Origin: Eledone cirrhosa
Taxonomy: Eukaryota
Assembly (NCBI GenBank): GCA_964016885.1
Contig: OZ024740.1
Coordinates: 373,426,001-373,490,000, forward strand
DNA length: 64,000 nt
Direction: 5' to 3'
How positions within the stretch are numbered: position 1 is the first letter of the stretch; each line of letters starts with the position of its first letter. Positions 30,699 through 47,031 of the stretch are shown one piece after another. Below the pieces are notes generated by a model. That model was not told the origin of the DNA, did no database searches, and saw nothing but the letters and a program-made list of their open reading frames with translations. The translations under genes and the position numbers were made by a program.

Positions 30699-30874
30699 GT
30701 AAGTACGCATGTATACGTACATACATATATGTATACAGACGTACAGTAGCATGCACATATATATATATATATATACATATATACATACATATGCATACAG
30801 GTACACATACATATATGCACGTATCAGTTTAGCGGCGCTATATATGTATGTGTACCTGTATGCATATGTATGTA

Positions 30875-30908
<34 letters not shown>

Positions 30909-31496
30909 CATGCTACTGTACGTCTGTATACATATATGTATGTACGTATACATGCATACTTACATTTAAGTAAGTGCCATACTAAGAGTGAGAAATGAAA
31001 TATCGTTTTCATTTTGTTTCAATTTATCGTTTTCGGTATGCCTGACCGATTTAACTAACTCAATACGCAAATTAGGCTGTTCAGCCGTTAATTCTCATAA
31101 GGAAAGTATATACTTTCGAACGTTCAACTATCTGGCAGATGGGTAAACGGTGCTGATGATAGCTAACAAGCTTGAAACTAGTACATGGTTCCTGTGTCAG
31201 TGTTGAACAAAAAGGTGACGTGATTGCCTTAACACCGTATGGCAGAAATTCAGGCTGTTCAGTTAGTTTACAAACGAACAAAGCGACGTTATAATAAGCG
31301 CCGCTAAACAGATACGTGCATATATGTATGTGTACCTGTATGCATATGTATGTATATATGTATATATATATATATATGTGCATGCTACTGTACGTCTGTA
31401 TACATATATGTATGTACGTATACATGCATACTTACATTTAAGTAAGTGCCATACTAAGAGTGAGAAATGAAATTTCGTTTTCATTTTGTTTCAATT

Positions 31497-31498
<2 letters not shown>
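30695..31498 (+). mobile_element. Rz-A partial tandem (about 1.4 units, period about 472-480) with 5'-inverted segment; hammerhead at 31148-31188
   Basis: 30841-31027 is repeated at 31321-31498. 30695-30838 is the reverse complement of about 31298-31440. Motif: CGGTG-CTGATGA-tAGCTaacaAGCTt-GAAACTAGTA-CATGG. Confidence 0.85.
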
Positions 31499-32445
<947 letters not shown>

Positions 32446-32464
32446 ATATATAATATATATATAT

Positions 32465-32963
<499 letters not shown>

Positions 32964-33002
32964 GTATACATATATATATATATTTTATATATATACATAT
33001 GC

Positions 33003-33036
<34 letters not shown>

Positions 33037-33037
<1 letters not shown>

Positions 33038-33313
33038 AAGAATTAAAAAGAACAGAAAGATGCAGTAAAAGAGATTTATTCGGTTCTTACGTACGTTTCA
33101 ATAGACATCTATTTGCCTAGATCTCGCTACATCTATAATATTATATAATCTCTGATGATATGGGATCGATTGTGCAATGGATATCGAATGCTCTACTAAA
33201 TATATAATATTATAGATGTAGCGAGATCTAGGCAAATAGATGTCTATTGAAACGTACGTAAGAACCGAATAAATCTCTTTTACTGCATCTTTCTGTTCTT
33301 TTTAATTCTTTAT
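33037..33313 (+). mobile_element. pLTR with long-stem-II hammerhead (33149-33263) and inverted 5' copy
   Basis: TCT-CTGATGA-[90 nt]-GAAAC-GTAC-GTA-AGA, then AATAAA. Arms 33037-33147 / 33201-33313. Confidence 0.75.
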
Positions 33314-33469
33314 ACACGCCCCGGAATATAGCTAAACTGGAATATACACCTTTTTTCTGCATTTCGTTGAGCACCACTCTCTTGTAAGCTGATATTCCAC
33401 TACACTGTACATAACACTGTGTCCTGGAAAACATTAATGCACTCGTGCATAACCAATTATATATATATA

Positions 33470-34670
33470 TATATAAGGACAAAAGATAGTTAAAAGAGTT
33501 CTATGTATTTTATTATGCGCATTTCAAAAACAAATATCATCATGCAATAATATTTGTGTTTTCATCAGATAAAACAGGAAAACATGGTATGAAGGTTAAA
33601 AAAACACTTGTGGATAGTGCAGTTTTAAATCAATGATCAAGAAGAGGATTTAGATTGATGTGTGATATTGGGAAAAATATTTTATTTTTAGGGGGGGGGA
33701 TGAAAAAAAGGAGGAGATGAGAGTAAAAAGTGGAAAGGGAGGAGTATAATGAAGAAGGATGAGATAGGAGGAGAGATGGGTGATAGAGAGAGAGAGATAG
33801 CTTTTATAATTGTGAAAGATATATTGTTTTACATAGAGAGGTTGAAAACCGTTGGAAGATAATTTATAAATTAAAAGAATTTGAAAATTAACGAACAGAA
33901 AAATAATGTAAAGTTAAGATTTGTATATTGAGGGGTTTAATTTTATGTGCGATGAAAAGAAAATGTTAATATGTATTACGAATGATATTTAAGGGTTTAA
34001 TAATATGTGCGATGGAAAGAAAATGTTGATATGTATTATTAAAAAGAACAACAGGTAATGTAAGTAAGGATATATTGTGAGATGAGCATGAATGAGTTAG
34101 ATGAAAGGGAGAAAAGAATAATGAATTGACGATGAATAATCTAACGTCAAAAAAATGTTTATGTTTACGAAGGATTTTTACAAGGTGATATAGAGTAAAA
34201 ATGTATTGTATTATGTAATAATTGATTCTATGTTAGGCAACAGTGAGAAAAGGTACAGATTAGGGGTTAGACATTAAAAGAAAAAGAGAAGAAAGGGAAG
34301 TGATAATAGGAGCAATATAGAATGAGTAACAAGTATTATATAATGTATAATAAAACCTTTGAAATAAGGTAGAAAGATGGGTATATTTTTAAAGAAGTGT
34401 ATATATATATATGTGCCTTTGAGAAAAAAGATTCTAAATTGATAAAGATTTGGATATTAGCTTTATACATTGTGGAATGTTTTGTGGAATTTATGCAAGC
34501 AGATAGAAAACAAGTCAGTGCGTCTATTTATTATAGAATCTAAATTAGATATCGAACTCTTTTAAACATCTTTTGTTCTTATATATTATGTATACTCCAG
34601 TCCTACAAACTGTAGAATGCTTCTTATCCGATATCTGCATTGCTTTATTGTACTACAATAAAACCCACCT
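33470..34670 (-). mobile_element. Decayed Neptune-type PLE 3' end with long 3' UTR
   Basis: Minus strand reads INRRTDLFSICLHK near 34490-34535. Hammerhead at the 3' end. Confidence 0.55.
33508..33574 (-). ncRNA. Type-I hammerhead ribozyme, intact
   Basis: TTTTAT-CTGATGA-AAACACAAATATTAT-tgcatg-ATGATATTTGTTTTT-GAAAT-GCGC-ATA-ATAAAA, with palindromic ATGCGCAT. Confidence 0.85.
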
Positions 34671-34685
34671 CCTACATATATATAT

Positions 34686-34743
<58 letters not shown>

Positions 34744-34762
34744 GTACATATATATATATATG

Positions 34763-34862
<100 letters not shown>

Positions 34863-34960
34863 TATATATATATGTATATATGCATATGTATATATATATG
34901 TATATGTATATATATGTATATATATATGTGTATGCATATATATATATATGTATATATATA

Positions 34961-35032
<72 letters not shown>

Positions 35033-35115
35033 TATATATATATATATGTATACATATATATACATATATATATATGTATACATATATGTATATATATATG
35101 TATATATATATATAA

Positions 35116-35614
<499 letters not shown>

Positions 35615-35620
35615 CATACG

Positions 35621-35657
<37 letters not shown>

Positions 35658-35688
35658 GCATATATGCATATATATATATATATATATA

Positions 35689-36502
35689 TGATTAGTTCTA
35701 TCGTTCCTTTGGTATGTATTGTGTGTTGGTTTCGCCTACCACAATGTTCGATTTGTCTTACTATTTAAACGTATGTTATAACTCAGAACTATCTTATCGA
35801 GTGCTTTGCTAACTCATCACTACATATAAGTAGGCCGCATTTACTTCCAAACCGCCAGAGATTCGATTTTACTGATTTCCAATTATATTAATCTCCTAGA
35901 TTTAATAATTAACCAATTAATTAAATTGGAAAATTCTGTTGATTGGTTAATTATTTGTGTTAATTTTATAACATCTAGTCGAGAACATAAGTTGATTAGC
36001 GGAAATTAAAATACTTCCATTCGCTTGCATTTGAATTGACCCGCCAAAAACCGGGGGTTAATTCCCTTGCCGGAATTAACACGTGATAACTATAGATACG
36101 ATTAGCAGCCATACGAGCGGCAACATATGTTATCCCTCCTGGTTCTAAGCAGAATGAAAACCTGTTGATAAACTGAGCCCTCTGTTCAGTCACCAATACC
36201 ACGATCTTGCCATTCAAGTAAGTCTGATATTTGATTTCGGATTCAGAGAAACACTTTGAACGTATGCAGTTTGATTTGTCCAGGTGTATTTTTCTCAACC
36301 TGATTAATTCTATCGTTCCTTTGGTATGTATTGTGTGTTGGTTTTCTCCTACCACAATGTTCGATTTGTCAAGCTATTTAAACGTATGTTATAACTCTGA
36401 GACCTATCTTATCGAGTGATTTGCTAACTCATCACTTCATATAAACAGGCCGAATTTACTTGCATACCGCCAGAGATTCGATTTTACTGATTTCCAATTA
36501 TA

Positions 36503-36503
<1 letters not shown>
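35689..36503 (+). mobile_element. Retrozyme-like unit Rz-D (about 612-nt period, 1.3 units)
   Basis: 35689-35887 is repeated at 36301-36503. Bounded by (TA)n. Confidence 0.75.
36160..36285 (+). ncRNA. Large hammerhead, U3-A8 core, extended stems II and III
   Basis: ACCTG-TTGATAA-a-CTGAGCC[..]GGATTCAG-a-GAA-ACA[TTGAAC/GTTTGA]TGT-C-CAGGT. Confidence 0.7.
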
Positions 36504-36533
<30 letters not shown>

Positions 36534-36542
36534 GTACATATG

Positions 36543-36737
<195 letters not shown>

Positions 36738-36749
36738 GTGTGTATATAT

Positions 36750-39205
36750 ATATTGTTATACTTGGGGAGGGTCATATTTGTGTAATATTGCCAGAATTAA
36801 TAACAGAACACACTCACTGTCTGGTTGGTTTTCGCTTTTCCTTCTGTGTCTTTTATATCGGTAACCTAATTTACTCGGTCCTCAATGTTGCCATTGATTG
36901 ACCGACGGTCAAAAATAATACAGTTACACTATGGACACAAACACATATATATAGTTTATCATAAATCTTTCGTTGCACATCTGCAACATCGTCAGTGGTG
37001 CTATTATTTCCTCCCGTTGTATTGTATGTTTACGCCATTTTTATTCAGTCTGTCCATATATTTATTTATTTATTTGCTTATTTGTTTATTTTATTTTGTC
37101 TTCTTGGCTCATGCGTTCGCGTCTGTGTATAGTGTTTTGTTTGATTTGTGATGTGTGTTCTTGATTGGATGACTAGTGTGTATTTATGTGCTTGTGTATG
37201 TATGTATTTATTTATTTATTTATTGTATTTTATTTACTTATTTATACGTCTCTTAGGTCATTGTTGTTTGTTTGGGCGTTGTTGTTATTCCATTCATTCT
37301 TTCTGTTTAGTCTTGGTCTTCTAAGTTCTATTTCACTGGCCTCTCTGCTTTGCCTATCTGCTGGGTCATTTCTATCTTTAGATATTATTCTAATTTTCTA
37401 TGTTGTCTATGTTGCCGTCATGTTGTTGTCTAGCATGTTCGTATAGTACTGACCCGTGTTTTCGTCCTTTTAGTTCCCCCCAGTGTTGGTGTATCCTTTC
37501 ACCTATGCTACGAGCTGTGTCACCTGTTGTTGTCATGTTTCTGCAAGTACCCTCTGTACATCTTATGCTATAGACTACATTTCTAGTTTTATAGTTTATC
37601 CGGGGGTTTACCTTACATATGATACATTTCCTATTGTTACAGTGGGTCTTCTTAAAAGGGTGGGTTTTGCTGATCGAGCATTTTATGGTAGGTTCCTGTC
37701 TTTTCTACCACCTTAATTTTTAAGTGGGTTTTTCTCAGGGCCTTTCTACACTGGTTAGCTAATTTCCCTCCAGGGGTAGCGTCCACAAACATGACACTCT
37801 GGTATCTCTGGTTGTCGTAACATGAGGTGGCTTTCCCTAACTTATGTCTAGCCCTATCTAAGCTCTTCTATGATTTGCTCCTGTATAATGGGCAAATTCC
37901 TTTCATGTCCAGTTCTATGAGGGTCTTATACTTCTCCATGGCTCCTTTGTATACTCTGACTGTGTCTCTTTGGTTGTAGCCAGAGAACTGCATGCGGTTA
38001 ATGAAGTGTTGGATGTGTCTTTCCATTTCTGTTGGGTCGCACATGCGGGACACATTCTTCATCACTCGTACTAAATCTGCGATCAGAATATTAAACTTAG
38101 CAGTACTAGACATTGCTGAGTTTTTGCGTATCACGTATTTGGAGGCCATGGGTTTAGCATAGTGTGAGTGGAGAATTTGGGCTCTCTCGTCTATAGCGTT
38201 AATCCAGAGTTCTGTGTCTAATACAGGTAGTCTATTGTTAGGGTGTTTGGAAGGGAAGTCGATAGTTACAGTTATACTCTGGTGTATGGAATTAGCTATC
38301 TGCTGGATGCTTTCCATTGTTCTACGTTCTAAATCAAACGTGTTAGTGCTCTCTAGTGGGGATTTCCTTATAACTATATTGATATCGTCTACATAACGAG
38401 AGTACATGATGAGGTCTATGGAGCTCTCATTAAGGAGATCTTTAAGTCTCCTTTCCCACCATACCATGAAAAGGTTGGCAACATCACCGGCTATGCTGAC
38501 GCCAATGGCTGCTCCCTCATTTTTGGTGTAGATCTTACGTTGAACTTAAATATGAGGCCCTTTAGGGTAGTTTTGATACTAGCCCCTATTGCATGTGCGA
38601 CCATTTTTCTTACCTGATCATTGTTTTGGGGGGTCCGTATAGCTTTGGTCCACCCAATCCACTTTCCCATGGGAGTCCTTTTTGCCATTGAGGTTATGGT
38701 GGAGGTCTACCTCTTATGGGTCTACTAGGGCAGAAACGTCTAAGGTCATGACGGTCTAGGTAGTCAGTGTCGTAGGTAAGTCTAAGTAGGAGGCCCAATT
38801 CGTCTGTGTCAACGTCGCAGAACTCCACCTCACACTCAACGATCAACTCCATACATTTTTCCACAGCAAAATCAATGTTAATGGATGGGTACAATGACAC
38901 CACATCCATGCTGCCTATTATACAGTTGGATAGGTTCCTCTTTTTGCTGAACTCACTGATTCTGCTGAGGAGGTCCTCTGTACTGTCACATACATCTGGG
39001 GACATCTTGATTATGGGGCGTATAACCCATATTGAGAGGAAGTAGGAGATCCTGTAGTTACTAGCTATATTAGCTCCGCATACGGGTCTTGTTGGTGGTC
39101 CTGTTGTCGGGTCGTCGACTGTCTTGTGGACTTTGAGGAGCCCATACAAGGGTGGTATGCCATTGTTAGACGCCTGGAAGTTGTTGGCAGTGCGTCTGCT
39201 TGGCA
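36750..39205 (-). mobile_element. PLE family P3, longest copy (RT palm to pLTR), frameshifted
   Basis: YGLLKVHK..PPTRPVCGAN, IIGSMDVVSLYPSI, YSRYVDDINI, DFPSKHPNNRLPVLD. Hammerhead at 36958-36999. Ends in MTLPKYNNI. Confidence 0.93.
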
Positions 39206-39952
39206 GCTCTATGAAGAATTAATAAAGTAAAAAATCAGAGCATTATGTTGCAACATGTATATATCTATAACTTTATGTATGTGTTAACATTTATATTTAA
39301 TAATCTCCCAATAGGTTGAGATTAAATTTGGCGATATTTGGCTGCGCTTTCTAGCAGGAAGCCTACCCGCCGTAAGCAACCGATCACATCCTTTCTCTCT
39401 GGCTTGTCCACAGCCAGATAGCGTAGCTTAGCCATTTTTGAATCTATTTTTGGCGGGATCGGATTGAAAAACTAGATGTCTGATTTTGAGTTTGTGTCCT
39501 GATGAATCCTAACTCAGGACATTCCTATTATTTGGATGTCTAAAATAAGGAAGAAACCATTGTAGAGATATAATTACGGTAGCTGCGCATTTCTTCTAAG
39601 TTAAATTTTACACCTAATTGTGTATGGTTGATGGTATATTTAGTCAGTTTCTACATGCTGTCGAAATGTTGGATACATACTCGATTGAGGCCGCCGCGAA
39701 GAGACTACGTTCGGTTATTTGTCGGAGATTCCCCCATAAGAGCATTTATTCTTATAGCTTGTTCTGATTGATTTTTTATATGGTTAGTTATGCTAATTAA
39801 AAGAAGAAATAGTATATATTTTATTATGTGATGATTTAAAAGACATGATTTATGATATAATGCTCTGTTTTTTTAATTTATTAATTATTCATAGAGCTTA
39901 AAAGTGACCAGTTGCAACAATTATATATCTATAACTTTATGTATATGTTAAC

Positions 39953-39960
<8 letters not shown>
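39205..39960 (+). mobile_element. Rz-C complete unit (664-nt period) with short 5'-inverted piece; hammerhead at 39494-39569
   Basis: GTTGCAACA..TATATCTATAACTTTATGTAT.TGTTAAC occurs at 39247 and 39911. 39205-39246 is the reverse complement of about 39857-39900. Motif: GTGTC-CTGATGA-aTCCT[hairpin]AGGAa-GAAAC-catt-GTA-GAGAT. Confidence 0.8.
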
Positions 39961-39984
<24 letters not shown>

Positions 39985-39988
<4 letters not shown>

Positions 39989-42465
39989 TTTCTCTCCTTC
40001 TTCTGTTCCTTCCACCCCTCCCTCTACTTCACCGCCTCTATCTCCACCACCCTCGTCCACTTCTTAGACATCTCCGTCGCCTTCGCTCCCTCCCACCACT
40101 CCCTCGTCACCTACACCTTCTTCAAACCCACCGGCTCCCACTCCTACCTCGACTTCACCTCTTACCACCTACACACCCTAAACACTCTATTTCCTACTCC
40201 CAACTCCTCAGGATTCGCCGCCTATGTAGCCGAGATGCTGACTTTGAGTCCCAGGCCCTTTCCCTAGACAGCCATTTCATCCGAAGAGGTTACCCCCTCT
40301 CCCGTCCACACCACTCTCACCCACGCCCGTGCTGTCCACCGCTCCACCACCCTCGCCCACGCCACCGCACACTCATCCACCGTCTCCCCTTCCCCATCAT
40401 ATATCCCCCTCCACCACACCCCTCCACCGCACCATCCTCCGATTCCAGTCCGACCCCTCCACCTCCGACATCTTCCCAGCCCCACCACTCCCCTCCTTCA
40501 AACGCGCACGCAATCTCCGAACCCTCCTCATCCACAGCTCCCTACCACCAACCACCCCGGTTACCTTCCCTGTTGCAGGCCCCGTTGCAACACCTGTCCC
40601 CACATCACCAACACCACCACCTTCCAGGGTCCCAACGGCCACTCTCTCTCTGTCCGGCATGCATTCCGCTCCAACCTAGTCTACGGTTTTCGTTGCACGG
40701 AGTTCAGCGCAACCTACGTCGGACAGACTGGACGTCGCCTGGCGGACCGGTTTACCGAACACCTCCGAGATATTCGTCTCGGTGGTAGTTCCCCCATCAC
40801 CCGCTACTTTGGTGCCCCTGGACATTCCGCACACCACCTCACAGTCTGTGGCCTACTCCAATGCCACGGAACACTCGCCACTCTCCTCAGGGTCGAACAA
40901 CGAACCATCTTCACTCTACAGATCCACACTCCCACCGGCCTGAACTCCCCACCCTTATTCCTTTAGTCTTAGACAACCCCTCCCCCCCCCCCCCCTTCCC
41001 CACACACATATCCCACACTACCACCACTAACACACATCTTTTTTTCACCGCCCATCCCAAAAATAACAATACTAACATCTCCAGCCCACACCCGACCACC
41101 CTTCCCCAACTAACATACTAACATCCCTCTCTTCTTCTCCCCCCTCTCCTTATCACACGCACACACCCACCGGTACATATATACACGCGCTCACACTAAA
41201 CACACACGCTACTACCACTACTAACCCTCACCCCACACATACACTCCACCACCCCGCAACTAACATCACTAACACCCCACGCACACGAACACACACACCC
41301 ACGTACACCACCCACTCTACACGCAACTAACATCACTAACATCCCCCCAATGCTACGCATATGAACACACCCACCCACTTACACCATCCACTCTACACTC
41401 CCTCCAGCGGCCCCACACCCTTCTCCCTCCGCTCCACCAACACCCTTTCTCACACACACACACATCCCACTAACACCTCTACTAATACACATACAGCCCC
41501 TCCTCACTCCAACTTTCACACCTACCCATCCTCTCCCCTGTCCACCGCACCTCCGCACACACTGACACACAGACTTTCTTCACTTACCATTCTACCCGAC
41601 CGCTGATTTGCCCTTATCTCTGACCACCTCCCAGCACACACAGACACAGAACCCTCCTCCTGCCTTGACCCTCTGACCACTTCCTGTTGCGCGCGCACCC
41701 CACATCTCCCCTTTCCGACCAACCCAACCACGGATTACACATATTGAACATCGATCCCTAGATTCCACCACATCCCAAGGATATTACCCAGCATTCCACC
41801 ACATCCTCTACGGAACCTCCTTAAGGACTCACCCACTGATATCCACTCAAAAAACATGTTTTTCCCACACGCCACCTACATCCACAACACGCATAAACGC
41901 CACACACACACGTGCGTACCACCACATATTTACACACTCAGCCTCCGGAATCTTCTCCCCCCACCCTTCTGATCCCTACCATCCACACACGCACACTCAC
42001 ACCGACCTACACCCCACCCCACACACAGCTCTTCCTGAACATGCAACCCCGTTCTTCCCCCAACTCTTACTTTCACATACACACACACACACGCACACAC
42101 ACACGCACACCACCTTCAGCTCTCCCCGCTCAGACACCCTGCCTTCCTCTCCCCACTCCACCCGCCACCACGCCTACACGCCACACACCCTTCCACCATC
42201 TGTTTCACTTCATGTTTATTTTTGTTTTTATTATGCTTTTATATTTAATTTAATTTGTACCGTTTCCCCTCAGCCCATTTTTCCTATATGTCTCTCTACC
42301 ACTCCCCTACACACCCTTGGAACTCTCTTCCCACACACGTTTCACCTGAAGAAGGGCTTGTGCCCGAAACGGCGTTCCCCACCATCACCCCCCTCTCAAG
42401 AGCATGAAACTATTAAACCTTTGTTCGTAGTGCCTCTCTGTTTTGTTCCCGTTCAATTTTTTACT
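39985..42465 (+). mobile_element. PLE 3' half (RT thumb, GIY-YIG, long C-rich 3' UTR); hammerhead core at 42346-42370
   Basis: FLDISV..FFKPTGSHSYLDF..YSQLLRIRRLCS; SFKRARNLRTLL; NLVYGFRC..TYVGQTGRRLADRFTEHLRDI. Motif: CTGAAGA-a-GGGC-ttgt-GCCC-GAAAC. Confidence 0.9.
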
Positions 42466-42481
42466 ATATATATATATATAC

Positions 42482-42634
<153 letters not shown>

Positions 42635-42701
42635 TTGTTATACTTGGGGAGGGTCATATTTGTGTAATATTGCCAGAATTAATAACAGAATTCATCGCCG
42701 T

Positions 42702-42741
<40 letters not shown>

Positions 42742-42779
42742 TCTCTTTTTCTTTATATATATATATATATATATAAACG

Positions 42780-43085
<306 letters not shown>

Positions 43086-43099
43086 TATATATATATATT

Positions 43100-43698
<599 letters not shown>

Positions 43699-43734
43699 TA
43701 TACATAGAAGAAATATATTATATATATATATATA

Positions 43735-44547
43735 TTCATATATATTTTTATTTTTCTGACCCGAATTTTCTTGGTCGTATTTTCGGCTCTGGGAATGATT
43801 GTTTAAGCATCGTCTCAGTGCGTTGGTATTTAAACGTTAGTTATAGCTTTGGTTTAACCAAACTATTGACCACTTTGTCACACATTTCGAAGATTGTGTT
43901 TCGTTATTTCGCGGGCTGAGGTTCCGATTCTCGATAATTTATTTGTATTTATCTCCAGTCTTTAGCTATTGATCAGTTAATTTTATTGATTTTTTAGTTG
44001 TTCCTATTGATTGATGAATAGCTCATGTTAATTTTAACCCGTCTGTTGAGCACTTTAATTCGATATGTGATATTTTGTATTTTTACAATAATATACACTA
44101 CTGGATTCATTCGCCTAATATAGGGGTTCCCTCCCTTGCTAGACACCACGTGGATTTAATAACGGGTTCCCTTGTATATTTGAACTAAACGCCTGCCGAA
44201 AAAGTGGTGGCCTCGTTCACCATCTTACCAAAAGCCGGATATTTTTATGTAAGCTGACGGTCACTGATTTAGGAGCCTCAGAAACCTAAATGCTGGAATT
44301 TACCATCTTTCCAGGGGTCCGGGTAAATTTTTCATTCATATATATTTTTATTTGTCTGACCCGAATTTTCTTGGTCGTATTTTCGGCTGTGCAAATCATT
44401 GTTTAAGCATCGTCTCAGTGTGTTGGTATTTAAACGTTAGTTATAGCTCTGGTTTATCCAAACTATTGAGCACTTTGCCACACATTTCGAAGATTATGTT
44501 TCGTTATTTCGTGGGCCAATGTTCCGATTCTCGATAATTTATTTGTA
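43735..44547 (+). mobile_element. Retrozyme-like unit Rz-E (600-nt period); decayed large hammerhead at 44191-44324
   Basis: 43735-43948 is repeated at 44335-44547. Motif: GCCTG-CCGAAAA..GGAGCCTCA-GAA-ACC[CTGGAA/TTCCAG]GGT-C-CGGGT. Confidence 0.65.
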
Positions 44548-45597
44548 TATATATATATATATAAAAGTAAATTAATATTCTAAAATACACCAAATGCATT
44601 TTGGAAATCTTTTCGTATATATAGATAATTGAAGGCATAATAATGTACAAATACATAAAGAAATTTCAACCCATTTTATTTTGTATTTTCACTTGTACAT
44701 TCCTGACGTGAGACTTCCTATCGGGGAGACTTGATTTTGCTATGTCATTCTGATGATTTGTTTTGCCGTAAATATATAGGTGGCGTTAGTTTAATTAAAG
44801 AAATTAAATATATTAGATATTTTCATATTTGATAATTGAAGAATTTATAACCTATAGAATAATATAATTTAATACCTTTTTATAATTAAGTTGTAACGTT
44901 AACAATTGATAACATTGTATTGGCAATAATACTTCATTATTAATAGATTTTATCTAAAAACTGCCAATTCATTGCATTAGTTTCATATAACTATGACATA
45001 AGATTAAACTCAACAGATTTATATTAAAGATACAATGAGGGTGTAAATTACATGTAAATGTACCAAACAGAATGTGGAAATTAAGAAGCTGGAATATGAC
45101 ATATCCAACTACATACACACACACACGCGTGAGCGCGCAACACACTGTCGCACACACACACACACACACACACACATATCTACATAAGAGGTTTTACATG
45201 TATTTTCCGCTCCCTAACCGTTGAGCTGATAGACAGTCCATATTGACGGCTATTTCTAATGGCAAGTTAGACTCATCTCTGTATTTGTATATACACATGT
45301 TTACCTTGTTTTAGATATTCGCATACAAGTAATAGTATTTCTTTACTCGTCAGCAGCATGCTGGATAGTGGAGGATGAAATCCTTTCAGTTAACGGGTAT
45401 GTATATCTTTGTTCTAACAGCTTACATAATCCGTTCTGGCAACAAGTTATTTTTTTTACGGTGGCCATCTATATCTATTGTGATGGTCTGCGTTATTCTT
45501 CAATTTGGAGACTGAAATAAAGGAACGTAGTGAAGCGTTTGTCGAACTGTGATTGTTCTTATAGGGAAACATGCTATCGAAGTGTTCTTGTTAGATT

Positions 45598-45745
45598 ACG
45601 CTTTCCAGCATAGTTACGTCCCATCTCAGTTCAAATTCCGCCGAGGTTGACTTTGCCTTTCATCCTTACGGGGTCGATAAAATAAAGTACCAGTAATGTA
45701 CTAGGTATTTGCTGGCCTTGTGCCTAAAGTAGAAACAATTATTGG
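45598..45745 (+). mobile_element. 5'-truncated SINE
   Basis: Matches the 3' two-thirds of 17116-17300. Confidence 0.85.
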
Positions 45746-45805
45746 GGACCTCACCTCAGTGATTTTTATAAGACGTTCAATCCATCCCCCCCTCTCTCAC
45801 TCTCG

Positions 45806-45902
<97 letters not shown>

Positions 45903-46087
45903 TTTCGTTTTATATTATATCACACTCGAGAGCATGATATAATATGAATATAAATAATATAGAGTATGATATAATATAAAACGAAAAATTAGTGATGCAT
46001 CTGAACTCAAGTTATTGTGTGTTACAATTGTTTCGCCGTCGGACAGCTCGAGACGCGATCATTGTCTGATTCTGCTCATGTGCCGTT

Positions 46088-46268
46088 GGTGGATTGGCAG
46101 TATCGGTAGACGGTCGGACGCCATGCTTTGCATCATAGAGTTACGGCCCTTTGTGGTCTGAGTTCAAATCCCGCCGAGGTTAACTTTGCCTTTCATCCTT
46201 ACGGGGTCGATAAAATAAAGTACAAGTAATACACTGGGATAATTGCGTGCCTAAAGTAGAAACAGTTA
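46088..46268 (+). mobile_element. tRNA-derived SINE
   Basis: A/B boxes and core as in 17116-17300. Confidence 0.9.
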
Positions 46269-46671
46269 TATGTATATTTTAAAGATTGTTAACATATTTA
46301 ATATTTTTAATATATTTAATATTTTATTTTTTTTTATATATATGTATATGCGTATATGTATGTATATGTATATATATGTGTATGTATGTATTTTTTATAT
46401 GTGTACATGTTTATAACAATATGCTTCCCTTTATGTACGACCCAATGTGTATCTTTATATGACTTTGTGCTTATATTCTGTTTATGTGTATATATGTATA
46501 GATTATGTATATGTATAATATTATTATTTTTTAAATATATATTTTAATGCGTGCGTGAGTGTGTATGGGAATATGAGTATATTTGTGGGAGTGTATATGG
46601 GCCTCTCTGTCTGTGTGCGTGTGTGTGTGTACAAGCACTCCTGTAGGGAAAGGGCTTGTTTGTGTTTATAT

Positions 46672-46865
46672 AACGCAGGAATTGAGGTAAGGAACGAGAT
46701 GGACCATAACGCACCAAAGTACTCAATACTTAGTGCATTAGAGTGGGTAATAGGAAAAAGTATGACCCCGACGACAGAGCTCAAGCCGTTTCAACGGCTA
46801 TTTCTGAACAGAAATAGCCGTCGATACGGCTTGGGCTCTGCCGTCGAGGTCGCACTTTTTCCTAT
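46672..46865. mobile_element. P4 pLTR with older fold-back palindrome
   Basis: Arms about 46750-46806 / 46809-46865. Homologous to 32237-32445. Confidence 0.8.
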
Positions 46866-46995
46866 ATATATATATATCTGTATATATATATAATGCGATG
46901 AAATACCAATGATCGTTGGCAAATCACTGATGAGGGACTCATTTTATAACATGCAATCCATGTGCAACCATGCAGTATTCTTCTCCCCATTTTTT

Positions 46996-47031
<36 letters not shown>

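Noticed and set aside
35996-36355. 119-aa minus-strand ORF in Rz-D
   Set aside because: No recognisable domain, the frame is not kept in the 5395-5738 or Rz-E homologues, and it is antisense to the predicted ribozyme.
44747-44809. ATT-CTGATGA...GAAATTA-AAT hammerhead candidate
   Set aside because: The stems are only 3 A-T pairs and could be chance in AT-rich DNA.
46925-46945. CTGATGAG core-like sequence
   Set aside because: No downstream GAAA or stem III.
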